DNA of 56,482 nt from an uncultured Verrucomicrobia subdivision 3 bacterium (lineage in GTDB: Bacteria; Verrucomicrobiota; Verrucomicrobiia; Limisphaerales; UBA8199), in NCBI GenBank assembly GCA_903912925.1, contig CAIWJG010000171.1, forward strand, positions 1 through 56,482. The letters are read 5' to 3'. Both the position numbers and the translations under genes were made by a program. This document shows positions 42,540 to 52,178 of this stretch, in pieces; the stretch's first letter is position 1, and each line of letters starts with the position of its first letter. Below the pieces are notes generated by a model that saw nothing but the letters and a program-made list of their open reading frames with translations, made no database searches and was not told where the DNA came from.

Positions 42540-44039
42540 ATGGAACAACTGGCATTGTTGTTGGTTTGCGTCGGGAATACCAGGAAGAAGGTCTATCAGA
42601 CTCTGGCGGGCGAGTTTACGGGGATTGAGCCCCCGTCGTGGATCATTATCACTGCCGGTTTTGTCCGAAAGCACGGCCATTCGGTCAAGGTGCTGGATGC
42701 GAACGTCGAGAACCTGGACCATGACGAGACGGTGGCGCGGATCAAGGCGGAGAACCCCAAACTGGTGGGCATCGTCAATTACGGGCAGCAGGCTAATACC
42801 GCGGCACCCCTCATGACGGAGACGCGGAACCTAATCCACAAGATCAAGGCCAATGACCCGGGCCGGACGATCCTTCTGACGGGGTGGAATCCCTCCGCGC
42901 TCCCGGAAAAGACCCTGCGGGAGGAGGCGTGCGATTATGTGGGCGAAGGGGAGGCGTTTTACACCTATTTGCGGATGGTGCAAGGAAAGAAGCTGGAGGA
43001 AGTTCCCGGGTTGTGGTGGAGGGAAAACGGGAAGATCCGGCATACGCCGCGCGCCGAGAATATTCAGGACCTCACCGCCGATTTGAGCGAGCTGGCATGG
43101 GACCTGGTTCCGATCGGGAAGTACCGTTCGTTCAACTGGCTTGGGTTGAGGGACTTGGATTCCAGGCATAAGTATGCCTCGATCTACACCAGCCTGGGAT
43201 GTCCTTTCGACTGCAGCTTCTGCGCCATCCGCGCCACGCATGGCGGCGAGCGGAAGATGCGGTTCTGGAAGCCCGAGTGGGTGCTCAAGCAGATTGACCA
43301 CCTGGTCGAGACCTATGGCATCAAGACGCTGAAGATCAACGACGAGCTATTCATCCTGAACCGGAACCACTTTATCCCCATCGCGCAAGGGCTGGCGGAA
43401 CGCAAACGAGCCGGGAAATATCAGTTGAACATCACCGCTTTTGCCCGGGTTGACTCCCTCAAGGTGGAGGATATGCCTTTGCTCAAGGAGGCCGGGTTTA
43501 ATTGGTTTGAGCTGGGAATCGAGTCGGGCACCCGGGAGGTGCTGGACCTGGCGAACAAAGGGAGCTATGACCGGGAGAATATCAGGCACGTGGTCAAGAA
43601 GGCACATGAGCACGGGATCGATTTCTGCGCCAATTATCTCTTTGGCCTGCCGGGAGACACCTATGAGAGCATGCAGAACACGCTCATGCTGTCGTTTGAA
43701 TTGATGGCCGCGTTCCCGAGTTTCTTTGCCGCTATGGCGCCTCCGGGATCGCATCTCTACGACGACTGTATGCAACAGGGAATTCCGCTGCCGGAGCAAT
43801 GGATTGGCTATGCCCAGCAAGGCTATGAATTCGCGCCGCTGCCGACGAAGACGCTGAGCCCCAAGGATGTGCTCAGATTCAGGGACTTTGCTTTCAATGC
43901 CTATTTCCGCAATCCGGCCTACCTCGACATGATGGAAAAGAAGTTTGGGAAGCGCGCCCGAAAGCACCTGGAAGAAATGGCCTCCCACGACTTGAAGCGA
44001 AAGCTGTTCGAGGGCGACACCGTGACGGTCGCTGTCTGA
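42540..44039 (+). CDS. Cobalamin-binding radical SAM enzyme (class B methyltransferase-like)
   Basis: N-terminal B12-binding-like domain (VLDAN.., GEGE); SLGCPFDCSFC CxxxCxxC; GIESG, FGLPGDT and PPGS. Confidence 0.9.
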   Translation: MEQLALLLVCVGNTRKKVYQTLAGEFTGIEPPSWIIITAGFVRKHGHSVKVLDANVENLDHDETVARIKAENPKLVGIVNYGQQANTAAPLMTETRNLIHKIKANDPGRTILLTGWNPSALPEKTLREEACDYVGEGEAFYTYLRMVQGKKLEEVPGLWWRENGKIRHTPRAENIQDLTADLSELAWDLVPIGKYRSFNWLGLRDLDSRHKYASIYTSLGCPFDCSFCAIRATHGGERKMRFWKPEWVLKQIDHLVETYGIKTLKINDELFILNRNHFIPIAQGLAERKRAGKYQLNITAFARVDSLKVEDMPLLKEAGFNWFELGIESGTREVLDLANKGSYDRENIRHVVKKAHEHGIDFCANYLFGLPGDTYESMQNTLMLSFELMAAFPSFFAAMAPPGSHLYDDCMQQGIPLPEQWIGYAQQGYEFAPLPTKTLSPKDVLRFRDFAFNAYFRNPAYLDMMEKKFGKRARKHLEEMASHDLKRKLFEGDTVTVAV

Positions 44040-44040
44040 C

Positions 44041-44994
44041 TTAAGCGAACTTCTGCCGGTCCTTCCACTGGTCAAAGTTGGCGGCCAGCCAGTTGACGGT
44101 CCGCTGAATGCCGGGCGCCAGGGCGTCATTGACCTGCAGGCCGTAGGCCTGACGCAACTTGCCGGCATCCATGAATTTCTCTTTGATGCCCACGTAGGCG
44201 GATGGATTGAAACGCACCTCCCCCTGGAATCCTGAAGCCTGGCTGATAGTCAGCGCCAGCTCTCTGATGGATTTGCCACAGCCCGGTCCCACGTTGAGGA
44301 TGTCGCGATGGCAGCGCGGGACCAAATCGAGCACGACCCGCACGAATTCCTTCACTTCCACAAAGTCACGCACTTGGGTGCCGTCGCCCCAGACCTCGAC
44401 CGTCGGCAGGCCCTCGCTAACGGCGCGGACGAACTTCCCCATTAAAGCGCCCGGGACGTGGGCCGTGGCGGGATGGAAGTCATCGTATTCCCCATACAGG
44501 GTGGCGGGGATCAGGTAGGTGCCATCGAGCTTGTATTGGTCGTTATAGGCGCAAATGCCGGTGTAGAGCAGGCGTTTGGTGAAAGCGTAAGAGTAAACGC
44601 TGCCGTGGATCGCGCCGTCCAGGTATTTGTCTTCCGTCGGGTAAAGCGCGCTGCTGGGGTAGGCGCAAGAGGTGCCGATGGCGACGAGCTTGGCTTCGGG
44701 AAGGTGTTTGCGCCAGGCCTCCAGCACATGGGTGTGGATGAGGTTATTGACAAAGAACTGGTCGGCGGGATGCTTGGCAGGGAAATCACCCGCAGCCTGG
44801 TAGCTGGCCAGGTGAATGATGGCGGTGGCATCCGCATGGGCGGCAAAAACCGCCTCAGCTTGTGCCCGCTCCGTCAGATCGAACTCCCGGCGGGAGAACG
44901 CAAAGAACGGGATGCCTCGGTGGCGAAGCTCCTCCTGCAGGTGCTTGCCGACGAACCCCGTGCCGCCGGTAACCAGTATTTTTCCTTGAGACAT
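44041..44994 (-). CDS. GDP-L-fucose synthase-like NDP-4-keto-6-deoxysugar epimerase/reductase
   Basis: GGTGFVG, GTSCAYP (catalytic Cys), YAFTK, HPATAHV (catalytic His) and WGDGTQVRDF. Confidence 0.85.
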   Translation of the reverse strand: MSQGKILVTGGTGFVGKHLQEELRHRGIPFFAFSRREFDLTERAQAEAVFAAHADATAIIHLASYQAAGDFPAKHPADQFFVNNLIHTHVLEAWRKHLPEAKLVAIGTSCAYPSSALYPTEDKYLDGAIHGSVYSYAFTKRLLYTGICAYNDQYKLDGTYLIPATLYGEYDDFHPATAHVPGALMGKFVRAVSEGLPTVEVWGDGTQVRDFVEVKEFVRVVLDLVPRCHRDILNVGPGCGKSIRELALTISQASGFQGEVRFNPSAYVGIKEKFMDAGKLRQAYGLQVNDALAPGIQRTVNWLAANFDQWKDRQKFA

Positions 44995-45013
44995 ATCTAA
45001 TTAAGAGATTACA

Positions 45014-45235
45014 ACCACGGATGGACATTGCGGGGCAGAGCCGCAAACAAAGGAGTTAAATGGGTTAAATGAGTTGCAAAGGTTACATGGGGCCGAGAGA
45101 ATTTGCGTGGGCTGCGCAAATTCTCACAGATAGTAGTACGCATAGACACAGATAAAGAACCCCTCACCCTGACCCTTCGGAAGGGGAGAGGGGAATCCTC
45201 CGCAGCATCTGCAGAATCTGTGTTCATCCGTGGTT
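45014..45235. repeat. Nested repeat mosaic
   Basis: Outer IR aaccacggatg/catccgtggtt; inner gagaatttgcg/cgcaaattctc hairpin, 9-mers and a ccctcaccc REP. Confidence 0.7.
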
Positions 45236-45244
45236 CTCCGTCGT

Positions 45245-46126
45245 TCAGCAGTGGTTCTCGGTGGCCGCGAGTTTCTTCTGCAGCCAGTTCCGGATGGAGC
45301 CGGGGTCGAGCGAGATCATCTTGCGGATGTCGTGTACTGTGCCGTACCAGACGCAGAACTGATCCGGCAAGCCCAGGCACGAGACGCGCAGATCGGGCAC
45401 TTCATGGATGGCCTCCAGCAGGCCAAAGGCGTCATGGACCACCAGGATCTGAGTGTGGCGGAAGCGCTCGATGATCTCTTTGTCGATGGGTTTGATGGTG
45501 CTGAAATAGACCAGGTTGACCGGCAAATCCGCGCAGGCCTCCATGACATTGCCCAGGATGGGACCGGCCGTCATCACGGTGACTTTGGCCCCGGAGTTCT
45601 TCAGGATATTGCCTTTGCCGAACTTGACCGGCACGTCGTGCGGGTGCCCGAAGTCAGAGAGGCGGAAGTAGGTCGGATTGCCGCTGTTGTATTGGCTCCG
45701 GATCAGGGTATCGAGTTCCGTCTTTGAGCCGGGCTGGAGCACCTCCATCCGCGGCAGCAGCCGCAGGATGGCCATGTCCGTGTAACAGTGATGCGTCGCG
45801 CCATCCCAGGCGTAATCGAAGGAAGCGCCGGTGGACACAATGTTGGCGCCGAAGCGATTATAGCAGAGGTCCAGCTTGATCTGTTCGAGGCTGCGTTCGG
45901 TGATGAAGGGGGCAATGGTATGCACGAACGGGTGAAACCCTTGCGAACACAGGCCAGCCGCGATGCTCACCAGCGCGTTCTCGCAGATGCCCATATTGTA
46001 GCAGCGCGTCGGGTGCTTCTCCTGGAAGGGAATGAACAGGAAGTGGCTGATGTCCCCGAGGACCACAACAATGCGTTCATCCCGGTCGGCCAGCTCGACC
46101 ACGGTGTCTTTGAATTGCTTTCTCAT
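45245..46126 (-). CDS. Transketolase C-terminal (pyrimidine-binding + C-terminal) subunit
   Basis: NMGICEN, RSLEQIKLD, GATHH and KPID. ATGA overlap with the N-terminal subunit. Confidence 0.88.
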   Translation of the reverse strand: MRKQFKDTVVELADRDERIVVVLGDISHFLFIPFQEKHPTRCYNMGICENALVSIAAGLCSQGFHPFVHTIAPFITERSLEQIKLDLCYNRFGANIVSTGASFDYAWDGATHHCYTDMAILRLLPRMEVLQPGSKTELDTLIRSQYNSGNPTYFRLSDFGHPHDVPVKFGKGNILKNSGAKVTVMTAGPILGNVMEACADLPVNLVYFSTIKPIDKEIIERFRHTQILVVHDAFGLLEAIHEVPDLRVSCLGLPDQFCVWYGTVHDIRKMISLDPGSIRNWLQKKLAATENHC

Positions 46127-46899
46127 GCCGCCTCCAGCTCTTTCATGAATTGCTCGAATTGTTCGGGGTTGGGGGACTTGCGGTGCCACTCGAACATGTT
46201 CGCCGCGAGTGTGGGGCACCCGCAGCCCTTGATGGCGTTGCCCACCACCACCTTGACCGTGGCTGCCGGTTTGGTCAGGGCGGCCTTCAAGGCTGCGAGG
46301 TCGTGGCCATCCACCTCGAGGGTGTCACAACCGAACGCCTTGAACCGCTCGGTCGGGTTGGGGATGGGCAAGGAGCGGCGTTGGGAGCCGTTGTTGTCAT
46401 AGAGGATCGCCAGGTTGGCCAGGCGCAGGTTCGCGGCCACCATCACCGCCTCCCAGACCATCCCTTCATTGGACTCGCCGTCGCCGATGAGGGTGAAGAC
46501 GCGCCGCGGGGAGTTCTGAATACGCAGGGCCAGCGCCATGCCGACCGCCACGGCGACCCCATGCCCCAGCGATCCGGTGGACAGCTCCACGCCGGGCACC
46601 TTCAAGCGATCCGGGTGGCAGCCCAGTCGGGATTGAAAGGCCCCGTAGGTCAACAGCTCCTCCGGTTTGAAGAAGCCGTAGTGGGCCAGCACTGAGTAGA
46701 AGCCCAGCGCGGCGTGGCCTTTGCTCAGCACAAACAGGTCCCGCTCCGGCCAGTCCGGCCGGGCTGGATCGAACTTCATCGTTTCATAGACGGCGCAGAG
46801 CATTTCGATCACCGAGAAGGTGGTCGGGATGTGGCCGTGTCCGCTCGCGCGGGAGGCGCGCAGGATATTCCTGCGTATTTCTTTACAAGCAAGGTTCAT
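46123..46899 (-). CDS. Transketolase N-terminal (TPP-binding) subunit
   Basis: GHGH, RDLFVLSKGH, STGSLGHG and GDGESNEG...DNN TPP motif. Confidence 0.9.
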   Translation of the reverse strand: MNLACKEIRRNILRASRASGHGHIPTTFSVIEMLCAVYETMKFDPARPDWPERDLFVLSKGHAALGFYSVLAHYGFFKPEELLTYGAFQSRLGCHPDRLKVPGVELSTGSLGHGVAVAVGMALALRIQNSPRRVFTLIGDGESNEGMVWEAVMVAANLRLANLAILYDNNGSQRRSLPIPNPTERFKAFGCDTLEVDGHDLAALKAALTKPAATVKVVVGNAIKGCGCPTLAANMFEWHRKSPNPEQFEQFMKELEAA

Positions 46900-46943
46900 T
46901 GCATCAATCAACTCATGTAACCCATCCAACCCATGTAACCCAT

Positions 46944-48023
46944 TTAACCTATCGGGCTGCCAGGGAGTTCCGGGTTCCACTCGCGGAACGCTTCGATTTG
47001 CTGGTGCGCTCGCACTTTCTCGTGCTTGGCAAAGTCCTCCTCCAAGTCGAAGAAGATAATCTGGCTGCCGGAGAATTCGAAGGCAAAAGGGACATGTATG
47101 AGCCGGCTGAGCTGCTGCCGAACCTTCTTTTGGCGGTCGGGCGGGACGAAAAACAGGAGGAAGCCGCCGCCGCCGGCGCCGAGGAGCTTGCCCCCGATGG
47201 CTCCGGCAGAACGGGCCTCGTCGTATAGCGCGTCCACCTGCGGGTTGGAGACCCTGTCGCCCAGGCCGCGTTTGGCGAGCCAGGTCTGGTGCAGTAGTTC
47301 GCCGAAGGCGACCAGGTCTTGTTTGCTGCCGAGAATGGCGCTGCTTTGTTCCACGTATTCCTGCATTTGGCGCAGGAGGGACGCCCGTTCGTTCATGCTG
47401 CCGACATAGCTGGCGGCGATATCCGACGCGGTGCGTCTAACGCCGGTGTAGAAGAGCATTAGGTGCGAATTTAGCTCGTGCAGCCGCGCGTGCGAGAGGG
47501 GGAGCGGTTGGACCGAGAAATCGCCATTCGGCAGAAAGGTGAGCCGGTTGACGCCACCGTAGGCAGCGCACACCTGGTCCTGGGATCCGACGCTCTCCTT
47601 GAGGACTTCCTGCTCGAGGTAGATGCTTTCGGCGGCCAGTTGTTTCTTGCTGACCACCTGGCCTTTGAGCGCCAACAGGGCGTGGAGCAAGCCGACGGTG
47701 AAGGCCGAACTGGAGCCCATGCCGCTGCGGCTGGGCAGATCGCCGTCATGATGGATCTCCATGCCGCGGTTAATCTTCAAATACCGCAGGGTTTCGCGCA
47801 CCGCCGGGTGCTGGATTTCCTCCACCTTCTGGCACATCTCGATGATGGAGTACATCACCCGGGTGCGGTGCTCGAAGAAGGGTGGCAGGTAGCGGCAGGT
47901 CAGGTAGCAGTATTTGTTGATGGTCGCCGCCAAAACGCTGCCGCCGTGTTGGCGATACCAAGCCGGATAGTCGGCGCCCCCGCCAAAGAATGAGATGCGG
48001 TATGGGGTGCGGCTGATTACCAT
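46944..48023 (-). CDS. GHMP kinase, D-glycero-D-manno-heptose-7-phosphate kinase (HddA-like)
   Basis: RTPYRISFFGGGADYP, DLPSRSGMGSSS, GSQDQ and GGKLLGAGGGGF. Confidence 0.88.
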   Translation of the reverse strand: MVISRTPYRISFFGGGADYPAWYRQHGGSVLAATINKYCYLTCRYLPPFFEHRTRVMYSIIEMCQKVEEIQHPAVRETLRYLKINRGMEIHHDGDLPSRSGMGSSSAFTVGLLHALLALKGQVVSKKQLAAESIYLEQEVLKESVGSQDQVCAAYGGVNRLTFLPNGDFSVQPLPLSHARLHELNSHLMLFYTGVRRTASDIAASYVGSMNERASLLRQMQEYVEQSSAILGSKQDLVAFGELLHQTWLAKRGLGDRVSNPQVDALYDEARSAGAIGGKLLGAGGGGFLLFFVPPDRQKKVRQQLSRLIHVPFAFEFSGSQIIFFDLEEDFAKHEKVRAHQQIEAFREWNPELPGSPIG

Positions 48024-48036
48024 AAAGTCTCCACGC

Positions 48037-48498
48037 TCAACGAATCGCCCCCATGACACCCTTCAGGTAATCATTGAGGATCACCCGGCTGGGTGGCGTC
48101 ATGGTTTCAAGGGGCGGCAATCGGTCCTTGGGGAAGAACTCCAAGCGCAGGCTCTCATGGCTGCACGCCAGCCGGCCGCCGACGATGCGGCCCGTGAATA
48201 TGATGTCCACCAGGTGCCGCTCATCGCCGTTGTCGTCATAGGTCACGATCCGGTCTTGCGGCTCGCTGTAGATGCCCTGCAGACCGGTCAGCTCAACCTC
48301 GAGGCCGGTTTCCTCCTGAGTCTCGCGAATCGCTGCCAAACTGACCGATTCCCCGGGCTCCACGCGCCCGCCTACCAATCCCCAAAGCACGCAATCTCGC
48401 CGCAATTCCAGCAAGACCGCTCCTGCCTCGTCCTCAACGAGCACAGCAACGCCCAGTTTGATGACGGTTGCGCTTGTTTTCTCCGAGCTAAACAACAT
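48037..48498 (-). CDS. Nudix hydrolase
   Basis: GGRVEPGESVSLAAIRETQEETGL is a complete Nudix box. Start trimmed to ATG 48498. Confidence 0.88.
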   Translation of the reverse strand: MLFSSEKTSATVIKLGVAVLVEDEAGAVLLELRRDCVLWGLVGGRVEPGESVSLAAIRETQEETGLEVELTGLQGIYSEPQDRIVTYDDNGDERHLVDIIFTGRIVGGRLACSHESLRLEFFPKDRLPPLETMTPPSRVILNDYLKGVMGAIR

Positions 48499-48511
48499 GT
48501 AAAATCGGCCC

Positions 48512-48540
48512 AATCTACCGGGAACCGCACAGGGACGCAA
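48512..48540 (-). promoter_or_regulatory. Sigma70-like promoter of the Nudix-HddA-transketolase operon
   Basis: TTGCGT-17 nt-TAGATT, 13 nt before the ATG. Confidence 0.55.
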
Positions 48541-48612
48541 GCGCGACTCGCGCCGGACCAGCAATTCTTTATGGCACCTGCGCCTGGTTCGGAGCCAACG
48601 CTCTAGCGTGTT

Positions 48613-48675
48613 TGCGGCCTCGGCCCCCCTAAAGGGTGGACTCCAAACATCCCAACCAGCCAAAATGAGAGCTGC
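48613..48675 (+). repeat. Third partial copy of the 109-bp repeat (ends ccagccaaaatgagagctgc)
   Basis: Matches the 3' ~63 nt of 10328-10436 and 10835-10943. Confidence 0.8.
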
Positions 48676-48824
48676 TGGCGCCGAACTCGCGGCAGCCCGC
48701 GCGCGGCATACAAAGTTTAGCCCCACAACTGCTTCGCCTCTTTCCGTATCTGCTCAGGCCAGCCACGCTTCAAGGTTAAGGAATTCGGCTTGCCTCCCGT
48801 TATTTGCTCTGTCAGCTTGCGGTC

Positions 48825-50111
48825 ATGTCAGTTTTGTCATACTCACCAATCTTGGTAAACCGTAAGACCTGCCGGATATGCGGATGCGCGGCGCTTACTC
48901 CGGTTGTTTCCTTAGGTGACCAGCACATATCCGGAGCCTTCGCCGATCCGAAGGGAAGACCACCTGTCCAGCGGCGAGTGCCGCTTGAGTTGGTTCGGTG
49001 CGACCCATCCCTGGATGAACATGCTTGCGGACTGGTGCAGTTGCGCCACACGGTGCCGCCCAAGGTGCTTTATCAGTCTTATTGGTATGAGTCCGGGATC
49101 AATCAAACCATGCGGGACAACCTAGCGGGAATCGCACAGACGGCAGAGAACACGGTGGGACTGCGATCGGGCGACCTGGTGCTCGACATCGGGTGTAACG
49201 ACGGCACGTTGCTCAAGGCTTACCGGACGGAAGGCCTACGGCGGTTGGGCATCGATCCTTCGAATGTAGCCCTTCAGGCCCGAGCGGCTGGGTTGGAAGT
49301 GGTTAACGATTTCTTCTCGGCCGAAGCGGTTCGCCTGGCTGCTTCCGAACAGAAGCCAAAGGTGATTACTTCGATTGCCATGTTTTACGACTTGGAATAC
49401 CCCAACACGTTCGTCCGGGATATTCAGGCAGTGCTGCACGAGCGAGGTCTGTGGGTGCTGGAATTGAGCTATCTGCCGACAATGTTGCAGATGAACAGCT
49501 TTGACACCATCTGCCACGAGCATCTGGAGTACTACTCGTTGGCCGCGCTGGAGCGGTTGCTCGCCGAGCACCAACTGGAAGTGGTAGATGTGACCCTCAA
49601 CGATGTCAATGGCGGGAGTTTCCGCATCTGTGCAGGCCATGCCGGCAAGGTCACCGCCGCTCCGGAGGCACAGTCGCGGGTGCAGGAATTGCGCCTCAGA
49701 GAATTCGAGCTGGGTCTGGATACCGACATTCCCTATGCGGCCTTTCGGAACAACATTAAGAAGATTCGCAAGGACTTGCTGGCGTTTCTCAAGAAAGCCA
49801 AGGCGCAGAAGAAGGTGGTACACGGTTATGGGGCTTCGACCAAAGGCAACAGCACGCTTCAGTACTGTGGAATAACCCCCGACCTGGTCTCCGCTATAGC
49901 CGACCGCAACGAGCGGAAATGGGGGGCGGGCACCATCGGCACTAACATTCCGATCATCTCGGAAGCTGAGTCGAGGAAGAAGAAACCGGACTACTACCTG
50001 GTGCTGCCCTGGCACTTCATTGAGGAATTCAAGCAGCGCGAGAAGGAGTTCCTGGCGCGAGGCGGGCAGTTCGTGTTGCCGATGCCCACCGTGCATGTCG
50101 TTGGCAAATAG
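48825..50111 (+). CDS. NDP-hexose C-methyltransferase (Zn-binding N-terminus; TcaB9/NovU-like family)
   Basis: CRICG...CGLVQL, DIGCNDG, ICHEHLEYYSL, GYGASTKGN and VLPWHF. Confidence 0.88.
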   Translation: MSVLSYSPILVNRKTCRICGCAALTPVVSLGDQHISGAFADPKGRPPVQRRVPLELVRCDPSLDEHACGLVQLRHTVPPKVLYQSYWYESGINQTMRDNLAGIAQTAENTVGLRSGDLVLDIGCNDGTLLKAYRTEGLRRLGIDPSNVALQARAAGLEVVNDFFSAEAVRLAASEQKPKVITSIAMFYDLEYPNTFVRDIQAVLHERGLWVLELSYLPTMLQMNSFDTICHEHLEYYSLAALERLLAEHQLEVVDVTLNDVNGGSFRICAGHAGKVTAAPEAQSRVQELRLREFELGLDTDIPYAAFRNNIKKIRKDLLAFLKKAKAQKKVVHGYGASTKGNSTLQYCGITPDLVSAIADRNERKWGAGTIGTNIPIISEAESRKKKPDYYLVLPWHFIEEFKQREKEFLARGGQFVLPMPTVHVVGK

Positions 50112-50117
50112 GAGCCG

Positions 50118-51146
50118 ATGAAGCGCGCGGCCATTACGGGCGTAGCGGGTCAGGATGGCACTTACCTGGCAAGGTGGCTACTGCGCCAGGGTTATGAAGT
50201 GCATGGCCTCCTGCAGTTCCCCTTTGACCGCGAAGAACCCGGGTTGTGCAGGAGATATTCCGCCGAGGAAATGGCCGCGGTGCGGTGGTATAATGGCTCG
50301 CTGGAGGATCCATTCTCGCTGGTGCGTTTTCTGAAGGCCGCCAAACCGACGGAGATCTATCACTTGGCGGGCTTGACCGATTCACGCCAGAGCTTTGCGG
50401 TGCCGGAAGAAAGCGTGCTGGCTATAACCCTGGGAACTCTGCGGCTGCTGGAAGCAGCGCGGGAGCTTTGCCTGGACGCCCGGGTTTTCCTGGCCTCGTC
50501 AGCCGAGGTGTTCGGCGTGCCCGCTTACACCCCGCAGGACGAAAACACCCCGATGCGGCCATTTTCACCTTACGGCATTGCCAAGCTGGCGGCTGACCAG
50601 TTCGCGCGCCTGCACCGGGACCAATACAGTCAGTTTGTGGCGGTGGGAATTCTCTACAATCACGAGTCCTCGCTCCGTCCGCCAAACTACCTGAGCAGCC
50701 GAGTGGCGCGGGCGGTGGCGACGATCAAACAGGGACGGGCAAAGGAACTCCAGTTGGCGGACCTCAGCGCCCAACGCGACTGGAGCGACGCGCGGGACTT
50801 CGTGCGGGCGTTCTGGCTCACGCTACAGGTTCCGGCGCCGGGCGACTACGTTTTGGCCTCCGGCGTCAGCCGCCGAGTCGAGGATTTGGTGGCCTGTGCC
50901 TTTCGCGCAGCCGGCCTCGACCACCGCGAATTCGTGCACGTGACCAAACGCAGCCAGGAGTCAAAGCAAGTCGTCACCGGCTTGTGCGGCAACCCGCACA
51001 AGGCGGAAAAAGAGCTGGGCTGGCAGCGGGCGTGGAGTTTCGAGGAGACGGTGCAGGACCTCGTGCTGGCGGAACTGGAGAATCGCACGGAACTGCTGCG
51101 GGCCGACCCTTTGCCCTCCCGCCGTGGCCCCGCGACCCCGGCTTGA
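50118..51146 (+). CDS. GDP-mannose 4,6-dehydratase-like enzyme
   Basis: ITGVAGQDG, ASSAEVFG, SPYGIAKL, YNHES and RDWSDARD. Confidence 0.88.
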   Translation: MKRAAITGVAGQDGTYLARWLLRQGYEVHGLLQFPFDREEPGLCRRYSAEEMAAVRWYNGSLEDPFSLVRFLKAAKPTEIYHLAGLTDSRQSFAVPEESVLAITLGTLRLLEAARELCLDARVFLASSAEVFGVPAYTPQDENTPMRPFSPYGIAKLAADQFARLHRDQYSQFVAVGILYNHESSLRPPNYLSSRVARAVATIKQGRAKELQLADLSAQRDWSDARDFVRAFWLTLQVPAPGDYVLASGVSRRVEDLVACAFRAAGLDHREFVHVTKRSQESKQVVTGLCGNPHKAEKELGWQRAWSFEETVQDLVLAELENRTELLRADPLPSRRGPATPA

Positions 51147-51167
51147 TCAGCGACATAAGCCGCCACC

Positions 51168-52178
51168 TTACTTCGCCGGCTTTTGGCCCCAGGCCGTGAG
51201 GTCCGAATGGGTAATGCTGGGCACTTTGCGCAGGACCCAGCGCAGCGCAAATCGCGCCAGCCAGTTAAGGGGAGCGATGGGAGCCACGGCGATGGCGTGC
51301 AGGACTGCCTTTGACCATGGAGAAGTCAGGCGAGGTTCCAACCAAGTGCGGTATTCCTTCAACGAGTAGTGTCCCATAGCCCGACTCTGCAGGAGACGCG
51401 GCGGGCTGCACCAAGGCTCGCGAGGGACCACCCGCTGTTTGGCCCAATCCGGGTAATCGGGAAAAGACCAGATGAGGTTAGGCCACTTGAACATCCAGAT
51501 CTCAAAGCTGCGAGATACCCACTGGGCATTGCCATAACGGATAATAACCCACGGCTGCGCCAGCACCAGCGCCTCGCTGGGCAGGGGGCTTTGAAAGATG
51601 ACGCCCGCGTGGATGAAGACGGTCCCAAAATATTTCACCCGCTCCCGCTGGTTCCACACGGCGCGCTTCATCACCACCCCACCGATGAATGAGAGATAAT
51701 CCCCCGCATCGGCCATAAGCTGATGCCGCTCCGGTGCGGTACGCGCGTATATCCGGTCTTGAACAAGACGGACTCGGCGCGCTTGGAGGCAGACCGACAG
51801 GTCGCCTGTCCTCACCTCGGCGTTGACGACGATCAGGCTGTAGTCCCGATGGGTGGCCGCGAGGACGGCCGCAATCGCGCCGGGCTTGAGCAGGTCGTCA
51901 TCGGTGAAGAGCCAGCAATACTCGCCTTGCGCCAGCTCCACTGCCTTGCAGTAGTCCTGATCCACGCCGCCTTTCTGATCGAGCCGGACGTAACGCAAGC
52001 CAGGGCATCGGGACGCGAACCCCTTCACCACCTCCCCGGTGTTGTCCGTGGAGGCGCCATCCACCACCACAATTTCCACCTCGGGCGTGATTTGGCTGAC
52101 GATGCTCTCCAGGGTTTCCCCGATGAACGCCGCTCGATTCAGCGTGGCAATGCAGATCGAGAGGCGCACTGCGCTCAT
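51168..52178 (-). CDS. GT2 glycosyltransferase (RfbV/abequosyltransferase-like)
   Basis: LSICIATLNR, VDGASTDNT and GEYCWLFTDDD. Confidence 0.88.
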   Translation of the reverse strand: MSAVRLSICIATLNRAAFIGETLESIVSQITPEVEIVVVDGASTDNTGEVVKGFASRCPGLRYVRLDQKGGVDQDYCKAVELAQGEYCWLFTDDDLLKPGAIAAVLAATHRDYSLIVVNAEVRTGDLSVCLQARRVRLVQDRIYARTAPERHQLMADAGDYLSFIGGVVMKRAVWNQRERVKYFGTVFIHAGVIFQSPLPSEALVLAQPWVIIRYGNAQWVSRSFEIWMFKWPNLIWSFPDYPDWAKQRVVPREPWCSPPRLLQSRAMGHYSLKEYRTWLEPRLTSPWSKAVLHAIAVAPIAPLNWLARFALRWVLRKVPSITHSDLTAWGQKPAK

